Assembly: GCA_040954595.2 (NCBI GenBank)
Contig: CM082594.2
Location: 4,511,319 to 4,575,318 of the forward strand
Reading direction: 5' to 3'
Length of the DNA: 64,000 nucleotides
Source of the DNA: Balanoglossus misakiensis
Taxonomy: Eukaryota > Animalia > Hemichordata
Shown here in pieces: positions 13,801 through 27,500 of this stretch. Numbering within the stretch: the first letter of the stretch is position 1; each line of letters starts with the position of its first letter. The translations under genes and the position numbers were made by a program. The notes beneath the pieces were generated by a model. The model made no database searches. It saw only the letters and a program-made list of their open reading frames with translations, and was not told the DNA's origin.

Positions 13801-16800
13801 TATAAACAAGGCATTGTTTATCGTAAATTGGTACTTTTAGCTAATTTTGTTATTAGATTCAAAGCTTACAGTGGTACAGTTACTGTACCTAATTTTAATG
13901 GGCAATTTTGTTCTTTCCGTTTCCAGCAAACCCAAGATTTTTCAACCAGCTGTTTTCAGGTCAGGATTCGTACGGTCTTGTGGGTCAATGGCTGACAGAC
14001 TGCATCAATGCGAGCGCGTAAGTAGTTTCTATGCAATCAGCATTAAGCATGAGAGAGATTGTAGCAAGCAAAGTGTTTAATTCTAGAAAAATGCATCCGA
14101 AATAGACTCAGTGAAGCGCTGGTTATCCAGTTTGTACCTCTCAGATTCAGTCTATTTAGTATCCAGTTTTGCCTGGATATGCTTTTGTGTTACGTCCGAC
14201 CTTTTGGGGTCAGAGGTCAATGCATCCAGACAATGCTGGATCTCTCCCCCTGGGTTTTTGCATGTCTGCATCATTCTGACTGAACTCCCCCCCCCTCCCA
14301 CTCATTGATTTATCACTGCTTATTTCTTCTTTTCCAGATACACGTATGAGGTAGCTCCAGTGTTTGTCTTAATGGAACACGAGGTCATAACAAGGTTACG
14401 TGAAAGCATTGGTTACATGAAAGGGGATGGCGTTTTCTGTCCAGGTAAAGTGAAATAAAAATCTGTTTTGTCTTTTCAGTTATATCAGACTATATATCTT
14501 TATTTCAAGTCCCATGACAGGTATACATGTATTACAGCTATAAGGTCTATGACTGAAGTTTTGTATAGTACTGCAGTCAAAACCTGTGTTAGTGGCCACC
14601 TCCATATAGTGGACACTTGTCTATAGGGGACATTTTTGGTATAGTCCCCTGTGCAATTTACATGTGCATCAATGGACCTGTCTATATAGGCCACCTGTGC
14701 ATATTGGCCAGTTTGATGAAGTCCCCTTGGCAACTATATACAGGTATTTCAGCCACGTAAAATTCAGAACAGAATGCAAGTACTTGTACTTCATGAGTTC
14801 CACGTTGTTGTTGTTTTCGTCACAGGGGGATCGATCGCCAACATGTACGGAATGAATCTGGCCAGGTATAAGAAGTACGGCGTGGAAGTGAAAACAAAAG
14901 GCCTGTTTGGTTTGCCAAGAATGATTTCATTTACATCAGAACACGTAAGTATAACGTAATTGGTGTAAAGTTCATGGTGTGTGTGTGTACTATACATCGA
15001 AGTAGAGCAACAGTGTCCGTAGCACTATTTATTTTGCAAGTCACAGTGTGAATGCTGAACTTTGATATCGTGGTATAGATGTGTAATTTCTTTGCAGGTG
15101 TTGAGTATTCCACTGTCGTGTCAAAACAAAATCACAATGTGCATCTTGGTGGTCGTACTGAACTCTCGAGACTCGCAGACCAGCCAAACTCTTGGCACCA
15201 TTTCAAAGAGTCGGTATTCATGTCTGGCCTCCTTTGAGGACATCTTAACTTGTGCAAACAGAATGAGATTGCTGCAAAACTATTTGTGTGCTCTGTTTTC
15301 CAATGGAAATTTCCACAGAGGAGATATAACGCGTATATCGGTACAAGCAAGTCGGTGTTCTATTATTAGACCTCTCATAAAAAAAGCGTGTAGAGTTACT
15401 AGTGTTCTATGAAGAACCTTGTTTCTGAGGAAAACAATATTTTTGCTCAATTTTCAGTCACATTACTCCATCAAGAAAGGAGCCGCCTTTCTGGGCTTTG
15501 GAACAGACAATATAACTCTTGTGAAATGTGATGAAAGGTAAGATTATCACAATTCACAGCCATGAAGCACTCGTAGTATTTGGCCATATTCATCAACTGT
15601 CTAGTCTGCAAGATGTTTGTATGAACATTTCCACTGTCCTCCACTGTCCGTGCCTTGACCTTTCTGTCCTGGATTCCGGGCAACAGATCGCAAGCATACA
15701 GATCATTCCATGTAATTTAAATGCCAGTTGCCATGGTGATAGCACAGTGGCAAGGCCTTGGCATCGTTTCAGTAGTTCAGAAAAAGTGGCATGTTGCCAG
15801 GATTGGGGTTTGGGGTGAGTTTTATATATAGGTGGCCCATCACAGTTCAGCTGCAGTTCAGGTGTCTTTTGTGTGTACCAGTATGTCAAGGGTCAGAGGT
15901 CAGAGAGTAACGCATGCCGATATATAGGAACGTGTCCTAAGCATGCTAATGTTAAGTTTGCCTGGTATTTTCATTGAGTACAGTTTTATGAAGTTTTTAT
16001 ATATAACTATAATGCATTAATTTTGAGATATATATAGATTTAAAAGAGAGAAAATTTATATTCTGTATTAAAACACTTGTACCATTAGTCTGAATTAACA
16101 TTATACTTGTATCGTGTGTAACAAAATTAAATATTCTCTTTTCAGAGGGAGAATGCTTCCTGAAGATTTAGAAAAGAAAATCATTGAGGCAAAAGAACAG
16201 GTGAGTCTGAGATTTTTTCTTTCATGATTATCATGTTACATTTGAACGATCATTACTTGCCAAAACTTGAATCAGGGTTTTGCTTGGAATAGAAAAAAAC
16301 TGTCCTTAGTTGCACCATCTTCATCTACATTCTGGAAGTGATACTTGTCACAGAGCTGTTGTGGTTCAGCGATGGGGTCGTCTTCAAATGTACATGTCCT
16401 GATTTTTTGTTGTTCTGTCTCCTGCACAGGGTTGCGTGCCGCTGTTTGTGAATTCCACTGCTGGCACGACGGTGTTCGGTGCGTTTGATCCGCTGGACAA
16501 GATTGCAGATGTCTGCGAAAGACACGGTGTCTGGTTGCATGTGGATGTAAGTATGGCGCCTGTAATTAACCTGGGCAACATAGATGGTGATTCAAATCTT
16601 CCTCAGAACTTTTGTATGTGTAACGTTTGACATACAATCACTCTTGCGCAAGAGTCGACATCAGATTGTGGGACAAATTTGCAAAAAAAGTCCATATAAT
16701 GAGTAAATTTTCAATCCAGATTTTAAAAATCGCCCTCTTAGAATGAGACATGTACCCCCTTAATCCTGAGAATGTGACTTCGGAAAAATTCTGGTCAATT

Positions 16801-18510
16801 TTTAATCTAGAACTAGAAGATTGGCATGTGATCAGAACATACCGGTACTTCCTGCACTGTGGCTAGAACATACTTCCTGTAGGTTTCTTTGTCGCGATCA
16901 GCTCAGATAACATTCTGACATGACGAAGTTTGACTTTAATACGGCAAGTTTTTAATGGCTGTATTTTCATCATTGTTCACAGGCGTGTTGGGGAGGCTCA
17001 GTGTCTATGTCCAGCAAATGGAAACACTTGATGAAGGGAGTTGAAAGGACGAATTCCTTGGCCTGGTGTCAACACAAAATGATGGGTGTACCTCTGCAGT
17101 GTTCAGCCTTTCTTCTCAATGACAATGTAAGTGCCATCTTCAACTCTTTGCAAGTAAATCTGCGTAAGGTGTCATGGGTCAGGGTTCAAAGGTTAAACTT
17201 GGTTTTCTGTGAAATAATATGCAGCTTTGAAGATCATATTTTTGTTCGTACTTCACACAACTTAGGACACTTTTAAAATTAAAGACACAAATCTTTGGTC
17301 AAGTAAACAGTACTCCCATAATTCCCTTTATATTAAACGGAATTTGATGTCCAAACAATGATGCAAAAAGTTACTGCTCACAAGCTTTTGGGTCTAGTCG
17401 GTCGTGGTTACAGACGGGTTGTGCAGTATTTTACTCATAAAAGAAGCGGTTTGGGAAAAAAAATGAGCAGACTATGAAATGTGTGGTTGTTCGCTGACAG
17501 ATCGGTCTGATGCACGAGGCTCACTGCGCGGGTGCCAGATATCTCTTCCAACAAGATAAATTCTACGACATCTCGTACGACACCGGCGACAAAGTCATCC
17601 AGTGCGGTCGCAAAGTCGACGCCTTCAAACTCTGGCTCATGTTCAAGGCCAAGGGAAACATGGGATTTGAAGAAGAGATTAACATCAAGTTCGACAATTC
17701 CAGGTGAGATTGAGTTGTGTTGTTGTTGTTGTTTTGTCACTCTGATGGTGAAATTAATATCAATTTGAAAACTGAACTGAAATAGTGCTAGAGACTTGTC
17801 AGTAATAAAATGGCTTCTTATATCACAGGTATTTTGTCCGATTGCTGAAGGAGAGAGAAGGCTTTGAACTTGTGGTTGAAGTAAGTACAAATGTTAAATA
17901 TCACTCTATGCAATGGGTTTATGCTGTCAGCCGTTTTCAAGTTTGAATTTCAAACTATTTGTGTTTTAACAGGGTATGAGGTAAAGGTTGAGACTTTGAT
18001 TTTCGTGTTGCATAATACCTTAATGGTGCAAGTTTGTAATTTTTCCATTTTCATCTGATTTCTCCCCACAGCCTGAATGTACCAATGTCTGTTTCTGGTA
18101 TATCCCGCCATCGATACGAAACATGACAAATGACCCGCAGTACAACACACTCTTGGCAAAGGTACGTTTCACACACACTGTGTTAACACCTGTAGATTCA
18201 TAAAATGCAGGGTTCTTACTTTCCGAAAGTCTGGAATTCGAAATGTGCATTTCTGACGTGCATAATTATTTTAAAATTTATTTGACATTCGCAGGCTGCT
18301 CCAATCATCAAGGAGAGAATGGTGAAAGAAGGCACGCTTCTGATTGGCTACCAGCCGCTCGGCGACAAACCCAACTTCTTCCGACACATCTTCAGCAACG
18401 CCAAGACGACGAAAGAAGACGTGGAGTTCATCGTCAACGAAATCGACCGCCTCGGTTGCGATATCACGATACAGGACCTGAAGTCTTACAGAACTGTCAA
18501 CGAGGAATAA
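10801..18510 (+). CDS. CSAD: PLP-dependent acidic amino-acid decarboxylase, CSAD/GADL1-like (group II decarboxylase), ~532 aa
   Basis: Exons 10801-10840, 12241-12399, 13173-13298, 13927-14017, 14338-14444, 14826-14944, 15458-15537, 16146-16200, 16430-16546, 16983-17126, 17501-17703, 17829-17880, 18072-18161 and 18295-18510 total 1599 nt in frame. Motifs: [66 protein letters not shown] (PLP lysine), [44 protein letters not shown] (rather than GAD-type NQLSTG) points to the CSAD/GADL1 clade. Confidence 0.9.
11330..11348 (+). CDS. Putative alternative first coding exon (MTAQQT) of the decarboxylase
   Basis: aggATGACGGCTCAACAGACTG|gtgagc has a purine at -3 and a strong donor. It is phase 1, the same phase as exon 10801-10840, so it can splice to exon 12241. 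Confidence 0.4.
13327..13657. mobile_element. Kolobok-like MITE (TTAA TSD), family copy 1
   Basis: TTAA-tgggacaaagtctctctctcg...cgagagagagactttgtccct-TTAA, palindromic throughout. Homologous to 34661-35014. Confidence 0.75.
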
Positions 18511-21500
18511 AAATCGCGCAACTCTTGTCAAGATTGCAGCTCCGGTTCATTCTGGTATTCACTGCACAGGAAATGCGGTTTACGAAATGCAAGATTCGTC
18601 ATCGATACTTGCACAGATTTCCCAAACTTGGAGAACAAAACATACCAATTATGTTGAGAGAAATGTGAAATCCAAAATGGCGGCCAAAAAATGAACGTTT
18701 GTTCATTTCTACAGGCCATGATTTTATTGTCGAACATTTTATTCAAAAAACATTGATATACCAAAGCAACGTTTATTTTTGTGAAGCTTTGTTCGTGTTT
18801 CGCACAATATAGAAGTGTTGACCAGAATATACAGATTCAACAACTGCCTGTGTTAAAAATGCCAGTTGTTTTTTTTTCTGCGCGAAGGAATATTTTTGAG
18901 GATCTTTGTCATTAACTTGAGTGTTTCCAGAATAAAGTTAGGAATAAACATTTTGTTCCTATCACCAAAGCAAAGCAGAGAAGTGAATCCAAGGATATTT
19001 TTGTATCAAGACGCACCAAAATTTGCTTATCAGTAAGGCCAAAAAAAAGGAAATGTTTCTGGTCAGGCTTTTTAAAAAATGGTGCGGAGATGCAAATTAA
19101 AAAAAAAATGGCCTAACTAATGTCTTGCATAAAGGAAGTTCTTTCATCAAGCAGAAATCGTTTTGAAACACTATGCTAAACTAATGCCGTTGAATAGATA
19201 ATATTTATAATTAGATTCAAACTCCCCGAAAGTCTTACGATTTCTTTCAGTAATAGTGAAGTCCCCCTAACCAAGTGTCTATCAGTATTATTTTTAGAAA
19301 TTGAAAATCACTGTATTTGACTGGACCAACAGCAAAGGTTCAGATTCGTAAAGACTTGAAAAATTGGCCAGTCGCGATATTCTTGAATCTGGAATCGATT
19401 TTTGTCCACATATTTCTACAGAATGACTTTTTTCTTGATCGTCTTTATCTAGTGCTTTGACAATCAAAGCGATCAATTTTCATTAAAATTTACCGTTGAG
19501 GGCGCACATTATGTCAAAAGAACCTCTCGTGGTGGCAAACGGAAATTCCAGTCCTTTGAGTGTATAACAACCACAGTAGTTTAGTGCTCTTTATTTTATT
19601 TGCAAAAGGGTACAATAGCCTTTGTTCTAATACCTACGTTGGGCTATTCCATTAAATTTCACTGGGTACTAATAATTTATTTTAGGCTAGTCGAAGTGGT
19701 GGCCAACATGTATGTATAAATGTACATGCAAATCAGATTCTGATAAATGTAGGTACCTATGCGGTGATTTACATACATACACTTATTTGGTGTGCACACT
19801 TAATTCAAGTGATGAAGTGGGTTGTTTGCATTTAAACAGTTACAGCGCTGTTATTTTTAAAATGTGGACGGTGTTGGTACTTGCATGTTTGCGCGAGAAT
19901 TTTAAGAAATGCAGAATTTTGTCACTCAATCAAACAGTCACTTAAACTTTGCTTCCAGCTGAGGCTGAAAGTCCGCTTTGAATGACCCTGACTTTCATAA
20001 CTCGGACTTTTTAATGAACATGCTTTTACAAATATCATTCACCTGAGATGTTTTTTAAATCTAAATTAACCAAAACTATAAAGTACATTAGCGCAGTCAC
20101 CATTCCCAGGTGTAAGTGTGGTCACCTGTACGTTTAGTTCGACTGCATATTTGACCCCCCCCCCCCCAAAGTACTTGAACAGGGTGGTGTATGGTACACA
20201 CCAGACAAATATCGAGGGAGTGGTATTAGTATGGTGCCAGGGCTCTTATGGAAAGTAAATTCACTTTCCAGTCAGAAAGAATGATATAACTTCGCAAAGA
20301 CAAGTACATCATCCAGTGTTCTTATGCACAAAGGATTTTGTGTCCTTGAAACAAACGGGTCACCATCTTATGCCAGATGGGAGGTAGCTTAGTATTCATT
20401 TATGCAAAGTGTATTAATGAGTATTGTTTAAAGATTAAAATTTGATGCGGATGACTCGTTATCAGTGGTGAATATTTTTGTCCTTGGATCGTTCAGTGTT
20501 TACAGGTCACATGGTTTGAATAGTCGTGGCCAGTTGTTCTTGTCGGGGTTCATGATTTTGTGTTAAATGCGATGGTATAAATGAGCGTGTATGTGGTGAT
20601 TTGTCCACTAACCATGTCAAAGTCAATGTCCGTTAGCGTTGTGTGGCTAATTCTTATTTTGTACACTGCATTCAGCTACATGCAGTATATAAAGGGCATT
20701 ATGGGAACACTGTTTACTTGACCAACCATCACGTTCCATGTTCCACATTCAAGCACATCACACAGGCCAAGCGTTTTCATTGCAAATGTTACAGATTTAT
20801 TGGAAATTATTCACAAAAAAGAACTTACATGGCATGGTTTGATACCCTTCTGAACTTACAAAAACTTATGACTACCGGTACTTTCCTCTGATAGCACCTG
20901 TGTCTCTTATTTACACGCCGCCCTCTATCACCATTAATGGATGCTCCTTTGTTTTTAAGGCGATTGCGATTGCCACTTGTTCAAAACTCATATGACAAAA
21001 CGTAGAAGGGTAAAATTGGTTTGCAAAATCTCTTGAAAAAAATTGCGATAAAAAATTCAAAAATATAAAATTGAAAAAAATACAACTTCATACTTTTAGT
21101 CCGTGATATCATATTCCAATAAAGGAATAAGAACAAAAATCATTTCCGTCAGCTGTTCAAGTCTTTTGGCATTATCTACGCAAAAGTCATGCGCAATATA
21201 CATATGTACAGTCATGTTTCCACGGCGACCATGGAATCCGCGGCAAACATTTCCTCGACCAAGCCGACTATAAAAGTCCGGCATCCGATGTTTCTATCGC
21301 ACTAATGCACCATCGGTGACCTGACAGGTCACAAAGTTTTTTTCGTATGATCATCGTGTACTCCAGCATAGCCTCATTATATTTCCCAAAAGTTCCGTCG
21401 ACACAGTTTACTTCCGTGACGATGACCTTTCTCTACGTCGTATGTCACGACGATTCTCTTAACTTGCTTTTCCGGTTCTGAACGACAAAACAGAATTCCC

Positions 21501-21523
21501 TTGAAAGAGACGCCGTGACTCAT

Positions 21524-24500
21524 TCAGTCGAACGAAATCGCTATGGACTCTGGGAATGCTGGCAGATCGTCGTCGCTGGCGAGTTCAGTGACCTCGTTCT
21601 CCTCGGTGATGTCCGAGTTGATGGACGTGAGGTAGCCCCGCGGGACGTATCGGCCCTTGTGGCTGGGACTGGCGATGTCCACGGTGATCATCAAGCCGCT
21701 CTCGTCGCTGAACTCCGACGACGTGGTGGACCTCTTCTCGCTCAACTTCGGATGCTTGGTCGGGCTGTGCTGCGGGCTGCTGACGCTGGTGGAGTCGTGC
21801 GATGACGTCACCTGCGACATGGACGACGCCATCCCCGAGTCGAAGTCGTCAAGGAGACGCACGTCGTCGGTGAAGATGTCGAAGTCGGCGTCGTCAAGCC
21901 GGCAGAGATTGCAAAATCGGTATTCGACGCACGACGCCGTCAACCTGGCTTCTGGGTCGTCGTCCCAACAGTCGACCATACTATCAACCAAAGGTCTCAT
22001 ACCCTGAAGGAGAAAACAGAATAGTCAGACGTCTATATTGTTCGATAACAAGTTGCCAAAAATCAGTGTTTTTTTCTTAGAAGTGCTTTTCCACCCCTTT
22101 GCGAGGGATACCACGTGTACACGATTATTTAGTTACTAAAATTATTTGGAATCTAAGAAAACGTCGTTAAAATATTCCAAACCCACACTGCCAAATTATA
22201 CCGACCAATCTATCATAAACGGTACACACTGAAGCAATTTCCTTTCTGGAAGGGCATTAAACGTAATTTTATTTCATCACAGATTCTGAAGGTTACTGGT
22301 TCCCCAAAGCAGGAAATGGGATCGATGTAGGTCACATTAAAACAAAATGTCACATCCTCACAAGCCTCAAGCGGTTTGGTCATGTCGAGCGACCTCTTGC
22401 CCCCAGCTCCTTCAGAAACCACTTGGCCCTGTTTATAAAAGTTTGACTTCCTGTGTGATTTATTCGTTGGCAGCTTAATTGCCCATTCTAAAACGCCGTA
22501 CTTCAATTTGTCGTGTTAGTAAGAACCTAATCAAGGTAGACTTGCTCCAAGTCTATGTGCTTCATTGTGTGTAGGGAACGCGTAGGCCCATAGTCCCAAA
22601 TTCGAAACTCACCTCACTACCAAAAACACGCTCAAGGCAAGCATGCACGCAAAAAGTATTGCAATTATTTATTTAGACAAAAAAAACACCGAAAACACAA
22701 AAAGTATTGAGATTTAAAAATCACCAAGCGACTAGTGGGCTAGTCTAAATCAAGGGACTGAAATGGTGAAACGAGTTTAGAATGAACGTTTTTTTTTCTC
22801 GTTTCTTTTAAGTCCGTGCCTCTCACCTTATGTTCTCTCCAGGATTGCGGTACTTCCGGCCGATATTTGTCCCGTAGCAAAACACACTTCATCATTTCAA
22901 TAGTCGGGTCACTATTGACTCGATTGCTGTACGGCAACTTGTACTCGCCCACGTCTAGAAAATAAAGAGGGACCAGTCGGTAATTTCTTAAGTTATGTAA
23001 AAACTTCAAGTGACGATATAATTTTATGAGCGGTGGAAGAGAAAGTTGGGCGTTGTCAGTAATATATTCTACCATGTGTTATGTCCTTCGGCGGTTTACG
23101 GTTTTGTGACCACGTGGGAAAAATCTCCGTTGAAAGAAATGTTCCATCGACCCTAGTCCGTTATTAAATTACAAGCCGGCCTATTGCTTACAAGTTGTGG
23201 AGTATAGCGCAGATAGAAACTTTTGTCTTGGAAGTTCTCGGATAGAAATTGGCCTACACGAAGTTCTCATAATTGTCAATAGAAATCTTCTCTTATCAAT
23301 ATGGATCTGCATTTTCGAAATTCGTTGTTTTTTTTGGTAAAGTACATTGCATCTTGAAAAAAAATGATATTTCGTCCAGGATATACACTGCCACGAAAGT
23401 ATAGGAATCTATGATCGTATTTCCATAATTAATTGCCACTTATACAAGTTGACGTAACTTTAAACTTTCGAGTACGTGACGTCACAAACGTGACACAAAT
23501 CCTAGTTGTCGTGCAGCTTCATTTCCATAAGAGTATTGTCACCTTGAAAGTTGAAAATTAAAAAGTTGCGAGAACTCACCAGCTAGAATAGAACACCGCG
23601 ACATCATCTCCCACATAATCAAGCTGAGGGCGTACATGTCGCACTGTTTAAATGATTCGATGTCGTTCAAGTTGATTTTGGAGTCGAGAGCTTCTGGTGC
23701 CATATATCTCGGTGTTCCCGCCTGTAATAGATGGATGATAGATATCATAAATATTTTTTATCATAATTAGTGTATTTCCTGTCTTTGCTTTTATGCCTCG
23801 TTTTATAGGCACACGTGTTCACGCACGCACGTCGAAGGTATGTGCGTCAAATCATAGTATTTAGGGAGCATTCGTTTTTTACAGGGAGGGGGGGGGGCGG
23901 TGGAATTTGAGTCGCTGACTAAATGTAAAAGGCAACCCCCCCTGGAAATTACTTTTCTAAAATGTGACCCCCCCCCCCAAAAAAAAAGTTTATCCACCGG
24001 ATTAAACTTATCAAACTTTGTCAGATATTGGTGTATGTTCGACATACCACATTGAAGGGGGTGGGTTTGGGAGGGGGTGTCCCCCTCCCACGTAAGAAAA
24101 TTTTATAAAATACAGAGCTCAAAGCTGCATTTTAATGAACCCAGCAAAAGCAAATTAACGTCGCCGCTCAAAGTTATCATGGGGTGGGGGCAAGTCCCCT
24201 GACCTGGGACACTAGATAAACCAGTCAATGATTGAAAGGTGTTGATGAATGAAGGGGGTGGGTGTGGGAGGGGGTGTCCCCCTCCCACATTAGAAAATTT
24301 TGTAAAATAAAGGACGCGAAACTGCATTTTTGTGGACTCAAAATAAATATTTAGCCGTCAAAGTTTTCAAGTCCCCCCTTTCAGTCCCTATATAATAATC
24401 CCTTGATTATAAAATTTGTCCCCCCCTAAAAACTGCTTTGTAAAAGTAAACCCCCCCCCCTGATTTCCACCGGCCCCCCCCCTCCCTGTAAAAAACGAAT

Positions 24501-27500
24501 GCTCCCTTAGAATTGCTCTATCACACGCAATATATAGGAACGTTTGACCTTTGGTTTGGCGAACGTTTGTAAACCGATATTATGACTGTTTGGATGTACA
24601 TAGAGAGACCTGGTCCGTTAAATAGTGAGAATTTCTGGTGAAAATATTGTACCTGTCCACTATTGGCCAACTCCGCAATCGATGCATTCGGGTCCAACTT
24701 GAGAGCTAATCCGAAATCGGCAATCGTGCATGTGCCATCGATTTTCACCAAAACGTTCGAACTTTTGATATCCCGATGCGCGACTGGGATTTTCGGGAGG
24801 TAGTCCTGCCCGAAGGCATACGAGTGCATGTACGCGGCACCCGAAAATATCGACTTCCCCATAGTGCAAAGTTCGTTCCAGGATAGGATGTTTTTGGACA
24901 GATAGTCCCTCAAGGAACCTCGCTCGTGGAATGCCGTGACCAGCCAGTATTGCCTCAGATTCCCGCGTATTCTCTCCTCGCTGCCGATGTATTCCAGGAT
25001 GTTCGGGTGCTTGAGGCACACCGAGAGATCGGAGTACAGTTCCGCCTCCTGGGTCCAGCTTTTCTGCTCCGCGTCCGAGAAGATCTTCACCGCCACCGAC
25101 CTCTGGAAGCCCTCCTTGACCAGGATGCCCTTCCAGATCTTGGCGAACCTCCCCTGGCCGATCAGCGACTGGATGAGAACCGAGAGGTTCTGATTCGAGT
25201 CGGTGGTCTCGAAGTCGGTGGACGTGAAGTCGCTCATGTTGATGGTCTCGTAGACGCCGTGCTTGGACTCCGAGTCGTAGGTGAAGTCCACGTGGCTGGA
25301 GAGATCGTTGCTGGCGCTGCCTTTGCGGGACTGGCCCTTCTGGTACCTGTCCTGGTTCAGTTTTCGGTGCTTGTGCCGGTGGACGCAGCAAGTTATCGTC
25401 ACGAAGGCGCCGAACACAGAGAGGGGAACGATGACCGAGAGCGTGATGGCTATGATGTAGTTGCTAGGCAACGGGGTTGTGGTGGAAACCGGCAGATCCG
25501 TTGTACCTGTAGGGAGGGATGGAAACATGGTGATTGGTCGTCGATTTTCTTTGACATTGATGTAGAATCAGTCGAGCTAGCAAATTAACATACTCATGAT
25601 TAAGATATACCCTACCTCTGTCAGGGATCTTTGCTGTTCCTGTTACCGGCCATATAACCGATGATGTATTTTCATGAAAGCCGGTGACCGTCTCGTCTTT
25701 ATACTCCGGGAAAATTCCCTCGGGAAGATGGACGATTCCGTTGCAGTTGTCAGTGGTACACAGGCACGTGAGACTGCTCTCCACGAAGTCGGCGTCGCAG
25801 CGCGAATGGTAGATTCCCGCCAGGCTCTCGTAGGCGAGCTGGTTCAAGGTGAAGCAGCCGATCTCGGGCACGACTTCGGATTTCTTGATGTCGAAGATGA
25901 ACCACGAGGCTATGCACAGAGAGTAGTCGGGGCACTCGACGGTCTCGTCGCAGGTGCGGCACGTTCCCGTTTCGACGTCGCACGAGGGAGCTGTCTCGTT
26001 GCAGAAGTTGCACTGAAGTCCGGCATCGCACACGGCGAACCAGAGAACTGAAAAGGGGAAAGAAAATATGACCACAAAATGAGTGAATACCTTCTCATAC
26101 CGCCACTTACCCTGCGAATCTAAAACAAGATTGACGTAAAGCTAACAAAATGTGCGCCCATGATGGTCGTTTTCCTGCGCATTAAGAATGCGCAAACGTG
26201 TCCAAGATTCAAGTTCTTCGGTGTTGGCCGGATGGATATTGTGCGAAGTAAACCAGGCGAAAAAATACCTGTGGTTTTGTATTATTTATTACCCTCACAA
26301 GTTTGTTTACAGGCGTAAAATGGCCCTTTGTCATAAACAAGCCCCTAGATCATGGTCGAAAAGGGGACTCTTTTCCGCAAGCAGGCGAACGCCGGGAAGT
26401 GATACACAAAAGGCATCCTGCAGCAACTTCAGCGGGTCAAGTTGAGTAGGCGATAAAACATGCACTGGCACCGTTCAAAATATAAGTTCATGCCGTGACC
26501 CTTTGCGAGTTACATGTTTTTTCTCACACACTCCGTGGGTGTGGGTGTTTTTTTTACTGTAGTCTTCGTCGTTTTCTTATAAAATCTAGCCGCAGGACTT
26601 CGTGAACTGTGACATGTCTGGTCCGCGCGCAACCACTGCGTTTTCCTAAGACGTGTGTGGGAGTTAGACTATTTGGCTCGGTCAAAACAACTAAACTGTA
26701 AAAGAAACGTCTGATTAAAAAGAAAAACAGCCATTGCCCTTTTTGTATGTCAGAAATCCCGCTGCAAAAATTCTCCGATCGCGGAACTACGATTAGCAAT
26801 TTTCTACGGGTGACCAGATTTTTATCCTATCCGTTGGTCCCTTCCTCAGCTGTCACAGTTTTCGGGGCACAGCGAGAATTTAAAAGCTAAATATTTATCT
26901 GACGGAGTCGACGCCCATGGCTTCGAACGCCATGCACTTTCCCCCGGACAATAAATCACTGCCGAATATTACAAAACCCAAGCCCTGTCCCATCAGCCCG
27001 CGACAAGCTATACACTTTTCCCTGCGAAAATGCATGTATCATGTTATTTCTAGTTTCCTTCGTCGTGTACTGTTTGGTAGTACTTACAGCTTTGTAAATT
27101 TATCTCGTAATGATATATACTAATAGGTCTAATGGCCATATACCGTGTGTAATGGACGTCACCTTAACCAAGGTCACAGATGAGTGCTTGTTGGACTTAA
27201 ACTTGACCTAAATCTACCAGTACGCGCTTGTGCAAAGTGAACAGTTTCCATCAGACACAAAATCTCACATAACGGACCAAACTTTGAAAATTATAGTGTC
27301 TTTGCCAGAGACTTTATCTGCATGACTAAGGACATCGTGTATGACTGATTGTAAAAGCTCTTTGAGGCGTATCCAAGTCGTATCCCCCTCACGACTTGAC
27401 TGATAACTGGCATGTGCAGTGTCAAAGTTCGACTGTTCTTGGACTGAAGTTATCATGGATGTAACTTATGGTTTATCCATGGAGTATTGCAGACACCGAT

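Noticed and set aside
24660-25588. Long overlapping ORFs (243 aa minus, 220 aa plus) over the TGFBR2 kinase exon
   Set aside because: These are alternative-frame and antisense shadows of a GC3-rich coding exon, with no recognisable domain.
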